DNA from: Octopus sinensis
Lineage: Eukaryota
NCBI RefSeq assembly: GCF_006345805.1
Contig: NC_043004.1
Span: 10,416,001-10,480,000, forward strand
DNA length: 64,000 nt
Reading direction: 5' to 3'
Notes under the pieces: generated by a model
Seen by the model: only the letters and a program-made list of their open reading frames with translations
Database searches by the model: none
Told to the model about the DNA's origin: nothing
In this document: piece by piece, positions 1 to 12,570 of the stretch
How positions within the stretch are numbered: position 1 is the first letter of the stretch
Layout: each line of letters begins with the position of its first letter
Translations under genes and position numbers: made by a program

Positions 1-55
1 AAAGACATTGACCCAGTATGGCCGCAGCCCAATGACTGAAACTAACAAAAAGAAA
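1..55 (+). mobile_element. SINE family A, 3' tail fragment
   Basis: CCAGTATGGCCGCAGCCCAATGACTGAAAC matches the tail of the near-consensus copy at 4531-4938. Confidence 0.7.
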
Positions 56-112
56 GAAAGTGTTAAAAATCGAAAACACCTTCTTTTCTACTCTTGGCAC
101 AATGCCTAAAAG

Positions 113-300
113 GTTTGGGGAGAAGGGACCAGTCGATTTGACCGAATCCAATACACAACTGGTACTTAATTTATCGATTTCGAAAGCATGGAAAAAGCAA
201 AGCCTACATCGGCGGAATTTGAACTCCCAACGTGGCGCCTGGTGAAATAACGCTAAGTACTTCGGCCGGTGTGCTAACGTTTCTGCCAGCTCGTCGCCTT
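113..300 (-). mobile_element. SINE family B (tRNA-derived), diverged copy
   Basis: Reverse complement of the AAGGCGGCGAGCTGGCAGAA...GAGTTCAAATTCCGCCGA head and central domain seen in other copies. Confidence 0.75.
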
Positions 301-1150
301 TTAAAATTGAAAGATCTCTAGCCTCATGAACAATATGTATTGGTATTTCTGTATCACGTGACACCATTAGAATGACAGTTTAAGACATTTTTCTCCTGTG
401 GTTTTTTAAAAATATCCCTGTAGATCTAATCCAGAAAAATATTGAAGCTTATATTTAGTATTTCGATATTATTGTTCCATTTGTAAAGGTTATGGTAATA
501 AATAACAACCTTTTACAGATAGAAAACGGCTATTTTTATCTTAAAGCTAACCACGATAGAAAGTATTGTCCTGTATTAATGGTTACTTGCCATTATTATC
601 AAAAGAAAGGATGCTTCGCGAAATTAAGTAAATCAAAGTCTTTATAAAAGAAATTTAAAAAACAACAGCTTTACGCATGCATCTTCCATCTTAGCGATTA
701 AAAAAAAAACTTCAAGAAGAGTATTAGCTTCCACTTCAGTTTCGATTAATGGAAAGTTCTTAGAAGCTTTTGTGGATTCATGCGGATTTCCTATGCCTAT
801 AGACATGTATTTGTCCACATAAATTATATTAACACTCTTTTAAGATTATTAAAGCTCTACTTGATGAATATTTAATTGTTCTTGTCGGACTATTAACATT
901 CTACATAGATTGAATTTTCAGTCGTTATAAAATTAATCATATTTAAATCATTAATACTTACAATTTCAAAAATTAAAACTTACATTTTTTTTTTTGCTTT
1001 ATATATTCTCATACACGCCCGCGCGCATACGAACACAAGCATGCGCACACACATAAATGTTCTTTGCTACATATTTACTTCCGTTTCTTTTTTTTTTTTT
1101 TTTCTTTGATTTCTACATAAGATTTATTTCTTGACCTTATGTCTCATATA

Positions 1151-1401
1151 TCTTTTAATTGTCTCAGCCATTAGACTGCGTCCATGCTGGAACACCGTCT
1201 AGAATAATTTTTATCGAATCGACCTCTGTACTTGCTTTTTTTTTTAACTCTGGAACTTTTCTCTTGATCGCTTTTATCGAAGCGTTAAGTTACGGGGAAT
1301 GTAAACACACCAAACCGGTGCCAGTTGAGGCAGTGGTGGGTGACAAACAAACACACATTCATACACATAAACACAAACACAAACACACACACACACACAC
1401 A

Positions 1402-1432
<31 letters not shown>

Positions 1433-1585
1433 CGAGTTTCTTTCACTTTCCGTCAATCGAATCCACTCACAAAGATTTGGTTGACCCGAGGCTATAGAAG
1501 AAGACGCTTGCGCAGGGTTCGCTGTAGGGTTGAACCCGAAACATTGTGTTTGGGAGGCAAACTTCTTACCAGACAGCCCCGCCTG
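1151..1585 (-). mobile_element. SINE family A with internal (CA)n
   Basis: Colinear with the reverse complement of 4531-4938. Confidence 0.8.
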
Positions 1586-1637
1586 ACATGAAGAATTTTA
1601 CAAATAAATTATTGATTGACATTAACATTAATACTAC

Positions 1638-1827
1638 TGAGCTGGCAGAAGCGTTAATGCACCGGACAAAATGCTTAGTAGCATTTCGTCCGTCCGTATT
1701 TCCTGATTTCAAATTCTGCCGAGGTTAACTTTGCCTTTCATCCTTTCGGGCTCGCTAAATTAAGAACCTCTTTAGTCCTCCCACCTCAAATTTCAGGCCT
1801 TATGCTTTTAGTAGAAAAGATTATTAC

Positions 1828-1871
<44 letters not shown>

Positions 1872-1915
1872 TATTATTATTATTATTATTATTACTACTA
1901 CTACTACTTTTATTA
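1638..1915 (+). mobile_element. SINE family B with (TTA)n tail
   Basis: GAGCTGGCAGAAGCGTTA head, B-box-like TTTCAAATTC, TTTGCCTTTCATCCTTTCGGG central domain, then (TTA)n. Confidence 0.8.
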
Positions 1916-1924
1916 TTTGGGGGA

Positions 1925-2165
1925 CCAGCTGCCAGTTTTCTTAGAACACCGGACAAAATGCCTAGCGGCACTTTGCCCGTCCTTACCCCACGGTTGACTT
2001 TGCCTTTTATCCTACTGAGGTCAATAAAAATAAAAGAAGTACCGGTTGAGTTCTGTCGACAATGTAATCGACTAGCTTTCTCCCACCAAAATTTCATGAC
2101 TTGTGTCTTTAGTAGAAAGAATTATTGTTATTATTATTATTATTATTATATTATTATTATTATTA
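1925..2165 (+). mobile_element. SINE family B, degenerate second copy with (TTA)n tail
   Basis: CACCGGACAAAATGCCTAGCGG and GTTGACTTTGCCTTTTATCC motifs; tail resembles that of the preceding copy. Confidence 0.65.
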
Positions 2166-2722
2166 TTGAGTGAGAGTGCAGTGCATGCTATCAAAGTGAC
2201 ACTGGGGTAATATATACGAAACCCAGCATACCCATCATGACTACTCGTCTGATAAGGGTACGTCAGGCACATGCATCACAACGATAAATGCGTGATATGG
2301 TGATCTCATATCAAGATAAACAGCGCATGACCTTGCAGGTGAGGACCAGTTAGAATTTTCTTCTGGTCGAGTAAACCATTCCGCTCAACAGGTCCCTGAA
2401 TAAGGGTTGTTTAAGGATGTTGAACGAAACACCCATGTTTCCAAAAGTGAATTATTGAAACCCCAAAGAATCCCTCTCAACACATGGATATGATGTTCCC
2501 CCACTACTTCTGCTTGTGATCAGAGATACACATATCGTCAGCCACTAAGGGACAAACTCAACTGGTTATGGTCAAACAACTGACAAGTAAATCTGTGGTA
2601 TTGAGCAGAATATTTGCTGTAGCCCATCTTTTATACCAAGACAAAACAATGTACATGATAAGACTTCCAATCAGTTAAGATCAGAAGCCATGAAAGCTAC
2701 TGCCTGGTACTGCATCAGGGCG
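2166..2722 (-). mobile_element. Non-coding interspersed retroelement (about 560 bp) ending in a (TAA)n tail on the minus strand
   Basis: Partial second copy at 2848-2985; abuts a (TTA)n tract as a retroposon 3' tail would; no coding signal recognised. Confidence 0.55.
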
Positions 2723-2821
<99 letters not shown>

Positions 2822-2847
2822 ATTATTATTATTTTTATTACACTTTT

Positions 2848-2985
2848 TGAGTGAGAGAGCAGTGCATGCCATCAAAGTAACACTGGGGTAAAATATACGA
2901 AGCCCAGACAAAACAATGTACATGATAACACTTCCAATCAGTTAAGATCAGAAGCCATGAGAGCTACTGTCTGGTACTGCATCAT
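2848..2985 (-). mobile_element. Internally deleted second copy of the 2166-2722 element
   Basis: First about 60 bp match 2166-2228 and the remainder matches 2638-2716, with about 400 bp missing. Confidence 0.8.
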
Positions 2986-3004
2986 CATCACCATCATCAT
3001 CATC

Positions 3005-3060
<56 letters not shown>

Positions 3061-4191
3061 TATTATGATTTTTTATTTTTATACAGATTAATTTAAAAAT
3101 AAAAGTAATGTATGTTTTAGACATGCCGACAAATATATTTAGTAGGCTAAAAAAAAATGTGTTAGTGTACTTTAAGAATCTTATTATACATTTCAGTCAG
3201 AGCAGTAATTTCTCCCACTGATAATGACGCTTCGAATCATGGGCTTTCGTCTGCACGCTCCGCTAGCACGTTTCATTGGCTTTTCGTGTCTTTTTAGTCA
3301 TTACTCATTATCGTCGACTTACTTCACACCACGCAGTCGTGTTTTATAATTGTGTCTACTGCGTTATCTTGCCTTTTTAAAGTCACTATTTTTTATGAAA
3401 TGTTTTGCTGTTTTATCTGTGATATTGTGACAAATATTATTTGTAAACCTAAATGTCAAAAACATTTCTGAAAATGAAGTAATAATTAATGCGAAAAAAA
3501 AAAAAAAAAACGTTTTCTGGCTATAATTATGTTGTGATTCGAAGTAGAAGAATTTTATAGACAAATTTTGTAGTTAGGTATCTCAAATAAACTAAGAAAT
3601 ATTTATTACATAAAACGCTATTTACTACTATATTTATCACATATTCTATATCTTTACAATTTTACACACACACACAAACATATACACACATGCACAAACA
3701 TACACATGTATATATATTATGATAACGTGTGGGGATAATGATATTAATAACTAGTTGTTATTAACCACATCAATGCATGTATGTATATATTTATACACCT
3801 ATTTTGTACTATATGCGTGTTTGTAAACATGTGTATTAATATAAGGACTTATATGCGTATATGTTTGGTTGTCTTTCTTTTATCTCTCTGTGCGTGCATA
3901 TACTTGTATATACATATATAACGATTTAAAAAAAAATAATATTGATGTAGGTATTAGTCACAAGGCGGGCTTTTCATCATGAAACTGTATAACATTATAT
4001 AATCAACTTCATGTATTTGAATGTTTTTCGCAAAGATATGCATTCCATTTAAATAGCACCAGTGAGACTATACGATATCGCATGAACACTCAGCTCTGAG
4101 CGTTTTTTATGGCAAAACAGCTGTAAGCTAATGAAATGCATTCCCGTACATTAATTTATACACATAAACATTCAGGCACACACACACACAC

Positions 4192-4251
<60 letters not shown>

Positions 4252-4455
4252 AGACATAATAATATTTAACAAGAACAAATTTGACAGTGACTTCGGAGTT
4301 GCAGCCAGCTAACCCATCATCGAACTATCCGGATAATATTCTTGTTAAAGAATAATCAAAATCTACTCTACCAAAAGTATTGAATAGTTCTTCAGTTTTA
4401 TGGAAAAATGATTTTATTATAACATAAAGATAACATACATATACATATGCATACA

Positions 4456-4519
<64 letters not shown>

Positions 4520-4530
4520 CTGAAACAGTA

Positions 4531-4938
4531 TAGGCGCAGGAGTGGCTGTGTGGTAAGTAGCTTGCTAACCAACCACATGGTTCCGGGTTCAGTCCCACTG
4601 CGTGGCATCTTGGGCAAGTGTCTTCTACTATAGCCTCGGGCCGACCAAAGCCTTGTGAGTGGATTTGGTAGACGGAAACTGAAAGAAGCCTGTCGTATAT
4701 ATGTATATATATATATGTGTATATGTGTTTGTGTGTCTGTGTTTGTCCCCCTAGCATTGCTTGACAACCGATGCTGGTGTGTTTACGTCCCCGTCACTTA
4801 GCGGTTCGGCAAAAGAGACCGATAGAATAAGTACTGGGCTTACAACGAATAAGTCCTGGGGTCGATTTGCTCGACTAAAGGCGGTGCTCCAGCATGGCCG
4901 CAGTCAAATGACTGAAACAAGTAAAAGAGTAAAAGAGT
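4531..4938 (+). mobile_element. SINE family A, near-consensus full-length copy
   Basis: A box GTGGCTGTGTGGT, B box GGTTCAGTCCC, TTGGGCAAGTGTC central motif, internal (TA/TG)n, 3' tail (AAAAGAGT)n; about 12 related copies in the window. Confidence 0.9.
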
Positions 4939-5304
4939 AGAGAGAGTATTAATATCAAACGATAATCTTTATATTCAACTTGACATGGCTCTCTTATGAG
5001 AAAACCGAAAACTGCGTTATTAGCCTTGAATGATCCTCTCATATAGGCGCTTGGACATAAAAGCACTTATATAAATCATAGCAAGCCAAGTTCGTCTGTT
5101 ATGGGCGCCGGAATTCCCATGTCACGTGATTTCGATCTATTGGACTTCCTCGGTGGAAACGGCCATGGCAGTGAAATCTCACTTCTGCGATATATAGATT
5201 ATTCAGAGAATGGTTTGATTTATAATCCATGGACAGTCTATATCCAGCATTGGAACTGCTAACATTTATTTCTGCTCGCCGTGGATTATAATCAAATGGT
5301 ATCA

Positions 5305-5520
5305 GGACAGTTAACTCCCTCTCCCCAACACTATTACCGCCCCCATAGGAGAGTTTCCCCCCACCCCAATGACAACTACTCTCTAGGGCAATTATCCTCC
5401 TTAGTTATTTATCCCTCTCCATTATATTAAGAAGTTTTAAATCATCATGCGTTATCCTTAGGAGTAATTGTCATTGGGGGGGGGGGTTATTGTCCATGGG
5501 GGTGGGTAAGTATCCTAGAC
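5305..5520. mobile_element. Imperfect palindromic MITE-like element (Mutator/foldback-style C-rich and G-rich arms)
   Basis: CCCCAATGACAACTACTC (5364-5382) is the inverse of GAGTAATTGTCATTGGGG (5462-5479); outer GGACAG...TGTCC motifs. Confidence 0.5.
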
Positions 5521-5600
5521 TCCATCGAACCATTCAGAATTACAGCAATCAAATAACGACAATGGAGCGCACAACAGACATCAGCGATCTGACTGTCGCT

Positions 5601-5693
5601 TGTACTTTTAGCAAGAGATGTACTCTTAGCAAGAGATGTACTCTTAGCAAGAGATGTACTCTTAGCAAGAGATGTACTCTTAGCAAGAGATGT
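5601..5693. repeat. 18-bp minisatellite x5 (TGTACTCTTAGCAAGAGA)
   Basis: Five tandem copies; four are identical and one has a single substitution. Confidence 0.95.
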
Positions 5694-6174
5694 CTTTTAC
5701 ATCTATCACGCTCGTTCTTATCAGTCCGAGTTGCTGGATAATTTTTCGTTCCTTTAAGAATATTGTAGAACGGAACCTTTTCATAGATTGGAATTTAAAT
5801 CCTAATCTCTACAGAAGCTTATTGCTTCAAGAAAACATTGAACTTGAATTGCTTTTAATTCTCACGATTATAGATAACAACTCGGGCTGTAATTTCTGAG
5901 CCCGAGTCAGGGGAGTGTGGACGGTGTCAAGAGAACGTCTGCTACGAATGATATTTTTTGACACAGGGCATCTCTAAGACGATCGCCAGACGCTGACCGA
6001 AAAGAAATGAACTGCGACCAGGTTCAATAAAAGGAGCCCGATTTCTTGGCTGCAATTACATACTTGAAGTTAGTGTTGGTAGAAATTAAATCAGCTTACA
6101 AATACACGTTCACTTTACTAAATTTATACTCGGGCTAAGCCTGAACAGCCCGAATGCCGGAATCGCCACAGATA

Positions 6175-6387
6175 TAGAGGGTACGGCAGAAATACCTCCC
6201 ACATTTAAAACTTTCACCAAAGTGTTGCTAATGAACTTATGCAAGTGCCAATGATATTTTTATTTAGCTAATGAACAAAAACTGTAACCCTTTGTTTAAA
6301 CAATAGTAAAATTAACTTTTCATAAATGTTGTTTCTTTTTCCTTTTATCAACCTTTCAAATGTGAGAGGTATTTCTGCCGTACCCTA
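6175..6387. mobile_element. Tc1/mariner-type MITE, about 210 bp
   Basis: Terminal inverted repeat AGGGTACGGCAGAAATACCTC(C/T)CACATTT at both ends with TA at the borders. Confidence 0.8.
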
Positions 6388-7161
6388 CATGTATATATAT
6401 ATATATATATATACAAGTGCAGGGATACTCTAAAATGCCACGTGGAGTGCATGAGCGCATAAATCGATATCAAAATGGGCAAATGGTAAAATCCCTGCTA
6501 AAGAAAGCCAAAGCGGCAAGAATTATGCAATTTAAAACACTTGATGGATTTATAGTTGAATATAGCAACAGAGCGGATGATAAACGGATTTCATAGAGAG
6601 ATTTATTAAAAAAGATATTGTTTCTCAGTTTTAAGTGTATAAAAGGTGAATCACTTGCTGCAGGTATGTATTATTCTTCCGAAGAGCAATGAGTGAAAAT
6701 GGTACAAATTGAAGCAGAGCCGATCTGTGAAAGTAATTCTAAACCATTATACAGTAAGTGTGATAAGCGACATTAATGTGAATGGTTTCCAAATTTGCTG
6801 TCCTAGTACTTCTGTGGGATGCCCGTTCCAGATATTTGGTTTGAAGTAAACAAAACAGAAAGAGCTTGCAAACTAAGGTCTTACCTCTCTACGATGTGGT
6901 GTCAAAGCGAGAAATACTAAAACTTTTGCTACTTCAGCAACACGGTGTTTAAGGGCGTGTTCTATCAAATAAGAACCTGCATTTGAGCAGGCACTACGAG
7001 GATAATGAAAATACAGTAAAGAGAAGAATTAGATATAATAAATGGATTGTAGAAAAGAAATCGTGTAGTGACAAGCACACCCAGCCAGAAGTAATTAAGA
7101 GACAGAAAATTCAGGGCATGAACGAGTTTATTTGATATTTTTTGACATTAGATTACGCTCT

Positions 7162-7356
7162 CCTTTTACTCTTTTTCTTGTTTCAGTCATTTGACTGCGG
7201 CCATGCTGGAGTACCGCCTTTAGTCGAGCAAATCGACCCCAGGACTTATTCTTTGTAAGCCTAGTACTTATTCTATCGGTCCCTTTTGCCGAACCGCTAA
7301 GTTACGGGGACGTAAACACACCAGCATCGGTTGTCAAGCGATGTGTGGGGGGGGGG

Positions 7357-7399
<43 letters not shown>

Positions 7400-7540
7400 C
7401 TTATATTCGACGGGCTTCTTTCAGTTTCCGTCTATCTAATACACTCACAAGGCTTTGGTCGGCCCGAGGCTATATCAGCAGTCGGACTGAACCCGGAACC
7501 GCGTGGTTGGTAAGCAATCTACTTACCACACACCCACTCC
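7162..7540 (-). mobile_element. SINE family A
   Basis: High identity to the reverse complement of 4531-4938, with a central deletion. Confidence 0.9.
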
Positions 7541-8074
7541 AAGAAACGTCAAGGAATTTGCCGCCTTATTTTAGGCTATTAAGACGATGAATGTCATATC
7601 GGTCACTGAGAAACAAGAACATCGTCTATTCGAAAACTGACCATTTTCAATTAAGAGTTATCAGCGAGAGGCATTTTAGTATATACACCAAAGTTGAGAA
7701 GTAGTAAAAATTGTTCTGGAGATACAAAATATCTGGTAATATTAAATCAATATCCAAAGGTGAATGGGACTCTTTAAAATCTCACTCAACTCTATCATTA
7801 CATCTTAAAATTATTTCTGACCATCTACATGAATGTTGCTTCGTAGGAAAGAAGCTTTTCAAAGCAGAAATTCATAAAGAACAACGTGATTGATTTAACA
7901 TGGGATATCACTGAAAACATTTCGACGTCAATAGAAAGGGATCAGGGGATATCAATGTAAATAATGGATATCAAGGATTTCGCGATGCCAGTGGAAATAG
8001 AATTAGTGAAATGCGTTGGATTCCGTAACTGGATTAAAAAATAAGAAACATTGAAAGTTAAGTTTAGAAATTTG

Positions 8075-8128
8075 CTAAGATGTTCTCTAAATGTTTAAAT
8101 TCTAAGATGTTCTCTAAATGTTTAAATT
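8075..8128. repeat. 27-bp perfect tandem duplication
   Basis: CTAAGATGTTCTCTAAATGTTTAAATT x2. Confidence 0.9.
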
Positions 8129-9018
8129 CTTTAATATTTGGTCCTATTTATTTTAATGGCATTCCTTTATGAGCATATTTCCATATTGTCTTTATACAAG
8201 TTGTACGTTGTTGATTAAGCAAATGTAAGCTACACAACTGTGCAGTTTAGCGTTGATAAATAACTGACCACTCCATTGCAGTCGGTGTGCGAAGTGGTTT
8301 CCTCTTTGGATCCGATGTCTTACAAAAATCTGCTCCAGCATTTTGTGCTGTGTTGGAAATATCATATCTGAGATAACACTAACACCAAAATGTAATGACC
8401 ATTGCTTATCTCTAAGAAAATATGAGTGCTGTGAAGAGAGAATAATTTCTGCATGGAATATGTTGATCTTCTATGAAACAACGTTGTCCTGGGGTGCGCC
8501 TTGGTGAGAAATTTTCCACATACAGATGCATAGTACCACGTGATAAGCTGAGGTCCAAGATTCCATGTATATAAGGTTTAGCTTCAAAATTATAGCCGTT
8601 CAGTCGGGAAATATTTACGTTGAAAATGATTTAACCTTTATCACGCAAGAGTTACACCGTAAGAAAGAGCAAACCACGACAAAATCCTTTGTCACTGACG
8701 TAGGATGTTCAAAACAACAGGCAAAGTAATTTGAAGAGAAAACAAATGTCAAACTCAGTTTCATTTAAAACGCAATTTAAGTTTGTTCTTTGTTATTTAA
8801 TATAATTTATTTTAATTAAATGATTTAATTCTATTCAGTCTGTTCAATAAAATAGATATACACACGTATACACACACACACACGTTTTATGTTTTGTTCA
8901 ATGAATAAGCGTTTGAAGATATATATATCTGTATGTGCATATATGTCCACTTACGAATGTACGTAAGCGTATATGCGTGCGCAGGCAAGCACGCACACAC
9001 ACGCACTCACACACACAG

Positions 9019-9064
<46 letters not shown>

Positions 9065-9276
9065 ACACATGTATATAATCATATATATATACATGTATAC
9101 ATATAAATATATGTATATATATACACATATATATATATATACTCATGCATACATAAATATATATGCATATATATGCGTGTGTATATATACACACAGATAT
9201 AGATACAGACATATATATATACACACATATATACACACACATTCATGCATGCATGCATACATACATACATACATGC

Positions 9277-9340
<64 letters not shown>

Positions 9341-10140
9341 ATAATCTGCAAAATGAAAACCATACGGAATTTCATTTTACTATAAAGAAAATCCTGTGAA
9401 ACTCAAAGTTTCATGTCATTAGCTCTGATTTATAATCAGATTACGGTTAATGCTACAAAAATCCAAACTACTTCAAGTTTTCTGCAAACATTTAATTTCA
9501 AATTTTTGATTATTTATAGTTTATATAAACGAATTTAATTAAGAATATAATTGTGATAATTCGTGCAATTATTAGTAAAGCTGGTGAATATTTAACTGTA
9601 AAGGCAGTGAGTTTGAACATAGCTAAAAAGAAACAAAATGATTCGCAAAATGGAGGCCTAATCCATTTACATATCTCATACAGCCATAATGTTTCACGTT
9701 AATGTAAGCATAATTTTGAAGTAGTTCTTAAATTTTTTTTTTATCCCAAATTCTATTGTTTCCTTTTTACTTTAATCACATGACATAATGTAAATATAAA
9801 TACATTTAAATTGCGTGTATAATGTTGTAAATTAAATGTGTAATTCTAATTTTGCTACATTTCTATCTCACTGCTATTGGCACTACCATTCAGAAGAGAT
9901 ACAGGAATTACTATTTAAAACTAATGTTGGAACCAAAAAAGAAAACAGAAACAAAACCCAAAACTAAAGATTGTGTATGGTTTCTCCCAGAGGAGATCAA
10001 GGGGCGTGGTGGTGGCATTAACATGTGTTAGTGTGGTGGCACTAACATGTATTAGGTTATACCGTCTCTTGTAGAACCATTGTTTAGAACTCGTCAATTA
10101 GTTTTATTCCTACGATTGATAATTACCTTTGATCCTCTAT

Positions 10141-10890
10141 ATTTTACTTGTTCCTGTCATTGAAGTACGACCATGCCGGAGCACCAACCCAAGGGATTTT
10201 GTTGAATAATCGACCCCAAATACTTACTTGTTAAGTCTAGTACTTATTCTGAGCCGATAGATTACGGCTGTTAAGCGGTGTGGGAAGAGATACAAAGAAA
10301 ATCTCACACACACACATACACACACACACTCACGCACACACATACACACTCACACATACACACACGTACATGTCCACATGCGCACACACATTCACACGCT
10401 CACAAACATATCCACACATTCAAACACACACACACACACACACATCCACATATACACACACATACGTCCGCACATTCACCCGTAGACACACACATCCACA
10501 CACACACACACGTCCACACATTCACATGCGCCCTCACATTCGCACGTACACACACATCCTCAAGAGACACACACACACACATACACACTCACACGTACAA
10601 ACACGCACACACACACAAGTCCACACATTTATACGTGCACACACATCCACACGTACACACACACATTCACACACTCACACATTCACACACACACATGGAC
10701 TCACAGCCACGCACATTTACGCATACGATGGCATTCCGCACAGTTTCTTTCTATCAAATTTTCGCATAAGGCATTGATCGATGCCGGGCTATACTAGAAG
10801 CCACACACCCAAGATGCTGCACAGTAGGATTGAACGTGAAACCTCGTGGTTGCAAACCGAGATCCTTAACTACATACTGACGCCTGCACC
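10141..10890 (-). mobile_element. SINE family A, old copy with expanded degenerate CA-rich interior (about 10305-10700)
   Basis: Family A tail at 10141-10280 and head at 10720-10890 flank a cryptic (CA)n satellite. Confidence 0.7.
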
Positions 10891-10904
10891 AGAATAATAA
10901 TTTG

Positions 10905-11118
10905 TTTCAAATTATGGCGTAGGGCTAACAGGTGTTTGAAGAGGGGAGGGAGTCAATTACATCGACCCTAGTGCTTGACTGATACTTATTTTATCGGCGG
11001 TGAAAGGATGAAAGGCAAAGTCGACCTCGGCGGAATTTGAACTCAGAGCGTAAAGACGGACGAAGTGCCGTTAAGCATTTTGTCCGGCATGCTGACTGTT
11101 CTGCTAGCTCAGCGCCTT
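10905..11118 (-). mobile_element. SINE family B
   Basis: GGATGAAAGGCAAAGTCGACCTCGGCGGAATTTGAACTC core. Confidence 0.85.
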
Positions 11119-11847
11119 CCGCACCTGGATAATAATAGATGAACTCATTTTCCAATTCAATTACATCTTTTCGCAATCAAATTACATATGTTGATTGAAA
11201 CCTCTTCAGGGAATATCATTAATTACAACAGATGTGACCCTTTAATTTATACATTTATTTGTTGCTGTTGTTGTGATTGTATAGTTAAATATCATGCTTT
11301 ATTGAGACCAATCGTCTAAGCTGTTCTCGGTGTTAGTGTTTTGCTTCGATGTCTCGTATAGTTTTATTAGGCACTCCAACGCTATTTAGTATATTTATAC
11401 TTTTATCGAGCTCGCGAAGAAATTTCTAAGCGGTCACTTGATCCGCTAGAAATAGCAGCCAATACCAATACCCCATAATATCACACCGAACTTTCGAAGA
11501 AATAGCGGAAAATGAAGAAAAACACCCAATAACATATTGGGTAATGTAGTTCTGGATACATGGTCGCGAAGAAAATTTTATTGTCTCGAGTGGGAGACCG
11601 TTGATCATTGATCTACCTGTACGGGAAAAACGAGAAAAAGAATATGACAATGATAAATAATAATTAAAGGAGAATATAGATAAACTCTAAAAGTATTATT
11701 AAAAGTCTTAGACAATTGCAGGGAATGTTTAACCCTTAGGAAACAACAGGGTCGATCTATTAGCCGTAAAGTCGAATGACGAAGATTGTATTAGTTCATT
11801 AAATTTTCTACTTGAATATATATACTTTTATACGTGTAAAGTGATTA

Positions 11848-12035
11848 TCTATTATATAAAATCCGTTCTGTCTGTCTGTCTGTGTGTCTTCTAGGATCTC
11901 GGGTATCCTCCATCCGATTGCGCTCAAATTTGATTTGTTGATACCGACGGTTTCAGGGCGTGTATAAGTCTTGAAAAAGTTACAAAAATCGATTCCAGGT
12001 GAAAATGCGATCGATAAACCCGATTCTGTCCTGCT
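11848..12035 (+). mobile_element. Helitron-like non-autonomous element, 5' end
   Basis: A|TCTATTATATAAAA start, (CTGT)n microsatellite, then CCGATTGCGCTCAAATTTG; this layout is typical of non-autonomous Helitrons in invertebrates. No 3' CTAG hairpin end was located. Confidence 0.5.
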
Positions 12036-12189
12036 TTTCTTCCGTCAGCCTGTACATAACTGCACCTTCCATTTTTTGTTGTTCTTGTATTGCTTAAAGA
12101 CACATTTCTTTCCTGCCAAGCTTTCTGTTTAAACCATGTTTGTGTTCTCCCAGTCAACAGCCTTATCATTACTGGTACTTTAAAATCTT

Positions 12190-12570
12190 CGGTTGCATAT
12201 TTGTGTGAATAAAATCGTTTTTCTTTGGAATAGTAAAAAAGTCTACCTTTTGCTGGTGTTTCAAATTTAGGTTAAATCAGTGTTTCTCAAAGTTGTTTTG
12301 AGAAAATTTGGTTTAAATGTTTGACAACTCAGCACCGTCCATTGGACGAAAGATAGAAATAAACACGGAAATCCTCTCATCAACCATGTTGACCAGAGTC
12401 CATCGTAGTTTCGGCGTGCTCGAAGCACGATACGAATAGGCTGTCATTTTTGCGGAATGGAGGAAATGCATAGCCTGCTGTTGTGTGTGAACTTGTTAGT
12501 CCAAGAGTAGTGTATTTCGGCTATCAACAGTCAAATAATCGGAGTTCATGAAGAGATCATATCTTTCGTG
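12190..12570 (-). pseudogene. Possible degenerate retroviral-type (gypsy/Ginger) integrase core
   Basis: Stop-interrupted translation LFDC**PKY...LFVSCFEHAETTMDSGQHG**EDF...YLSSNGRC*VVKHL loosely follows VDxxSKW...FGxPETIVSDNGxQF...YHPxSNGxxE. Confidence 0.3.

Noticed and set aside
6434-6980. MPRG-starting frame suggestive of a Tc1 N-terminus
   Set aside because: No further diagnostic motifs; multiple stops.
8160-8720. Coding-like decayed minus-strand frame (possible transposase)
   Set aside because: I could not match any motif with confidence; needs TBLASTN or HMMER.
11440-11660. Possible restriction-like endonuclease relic of a LINE
   Set aside because: The PD-x-D motif is not recognisable.
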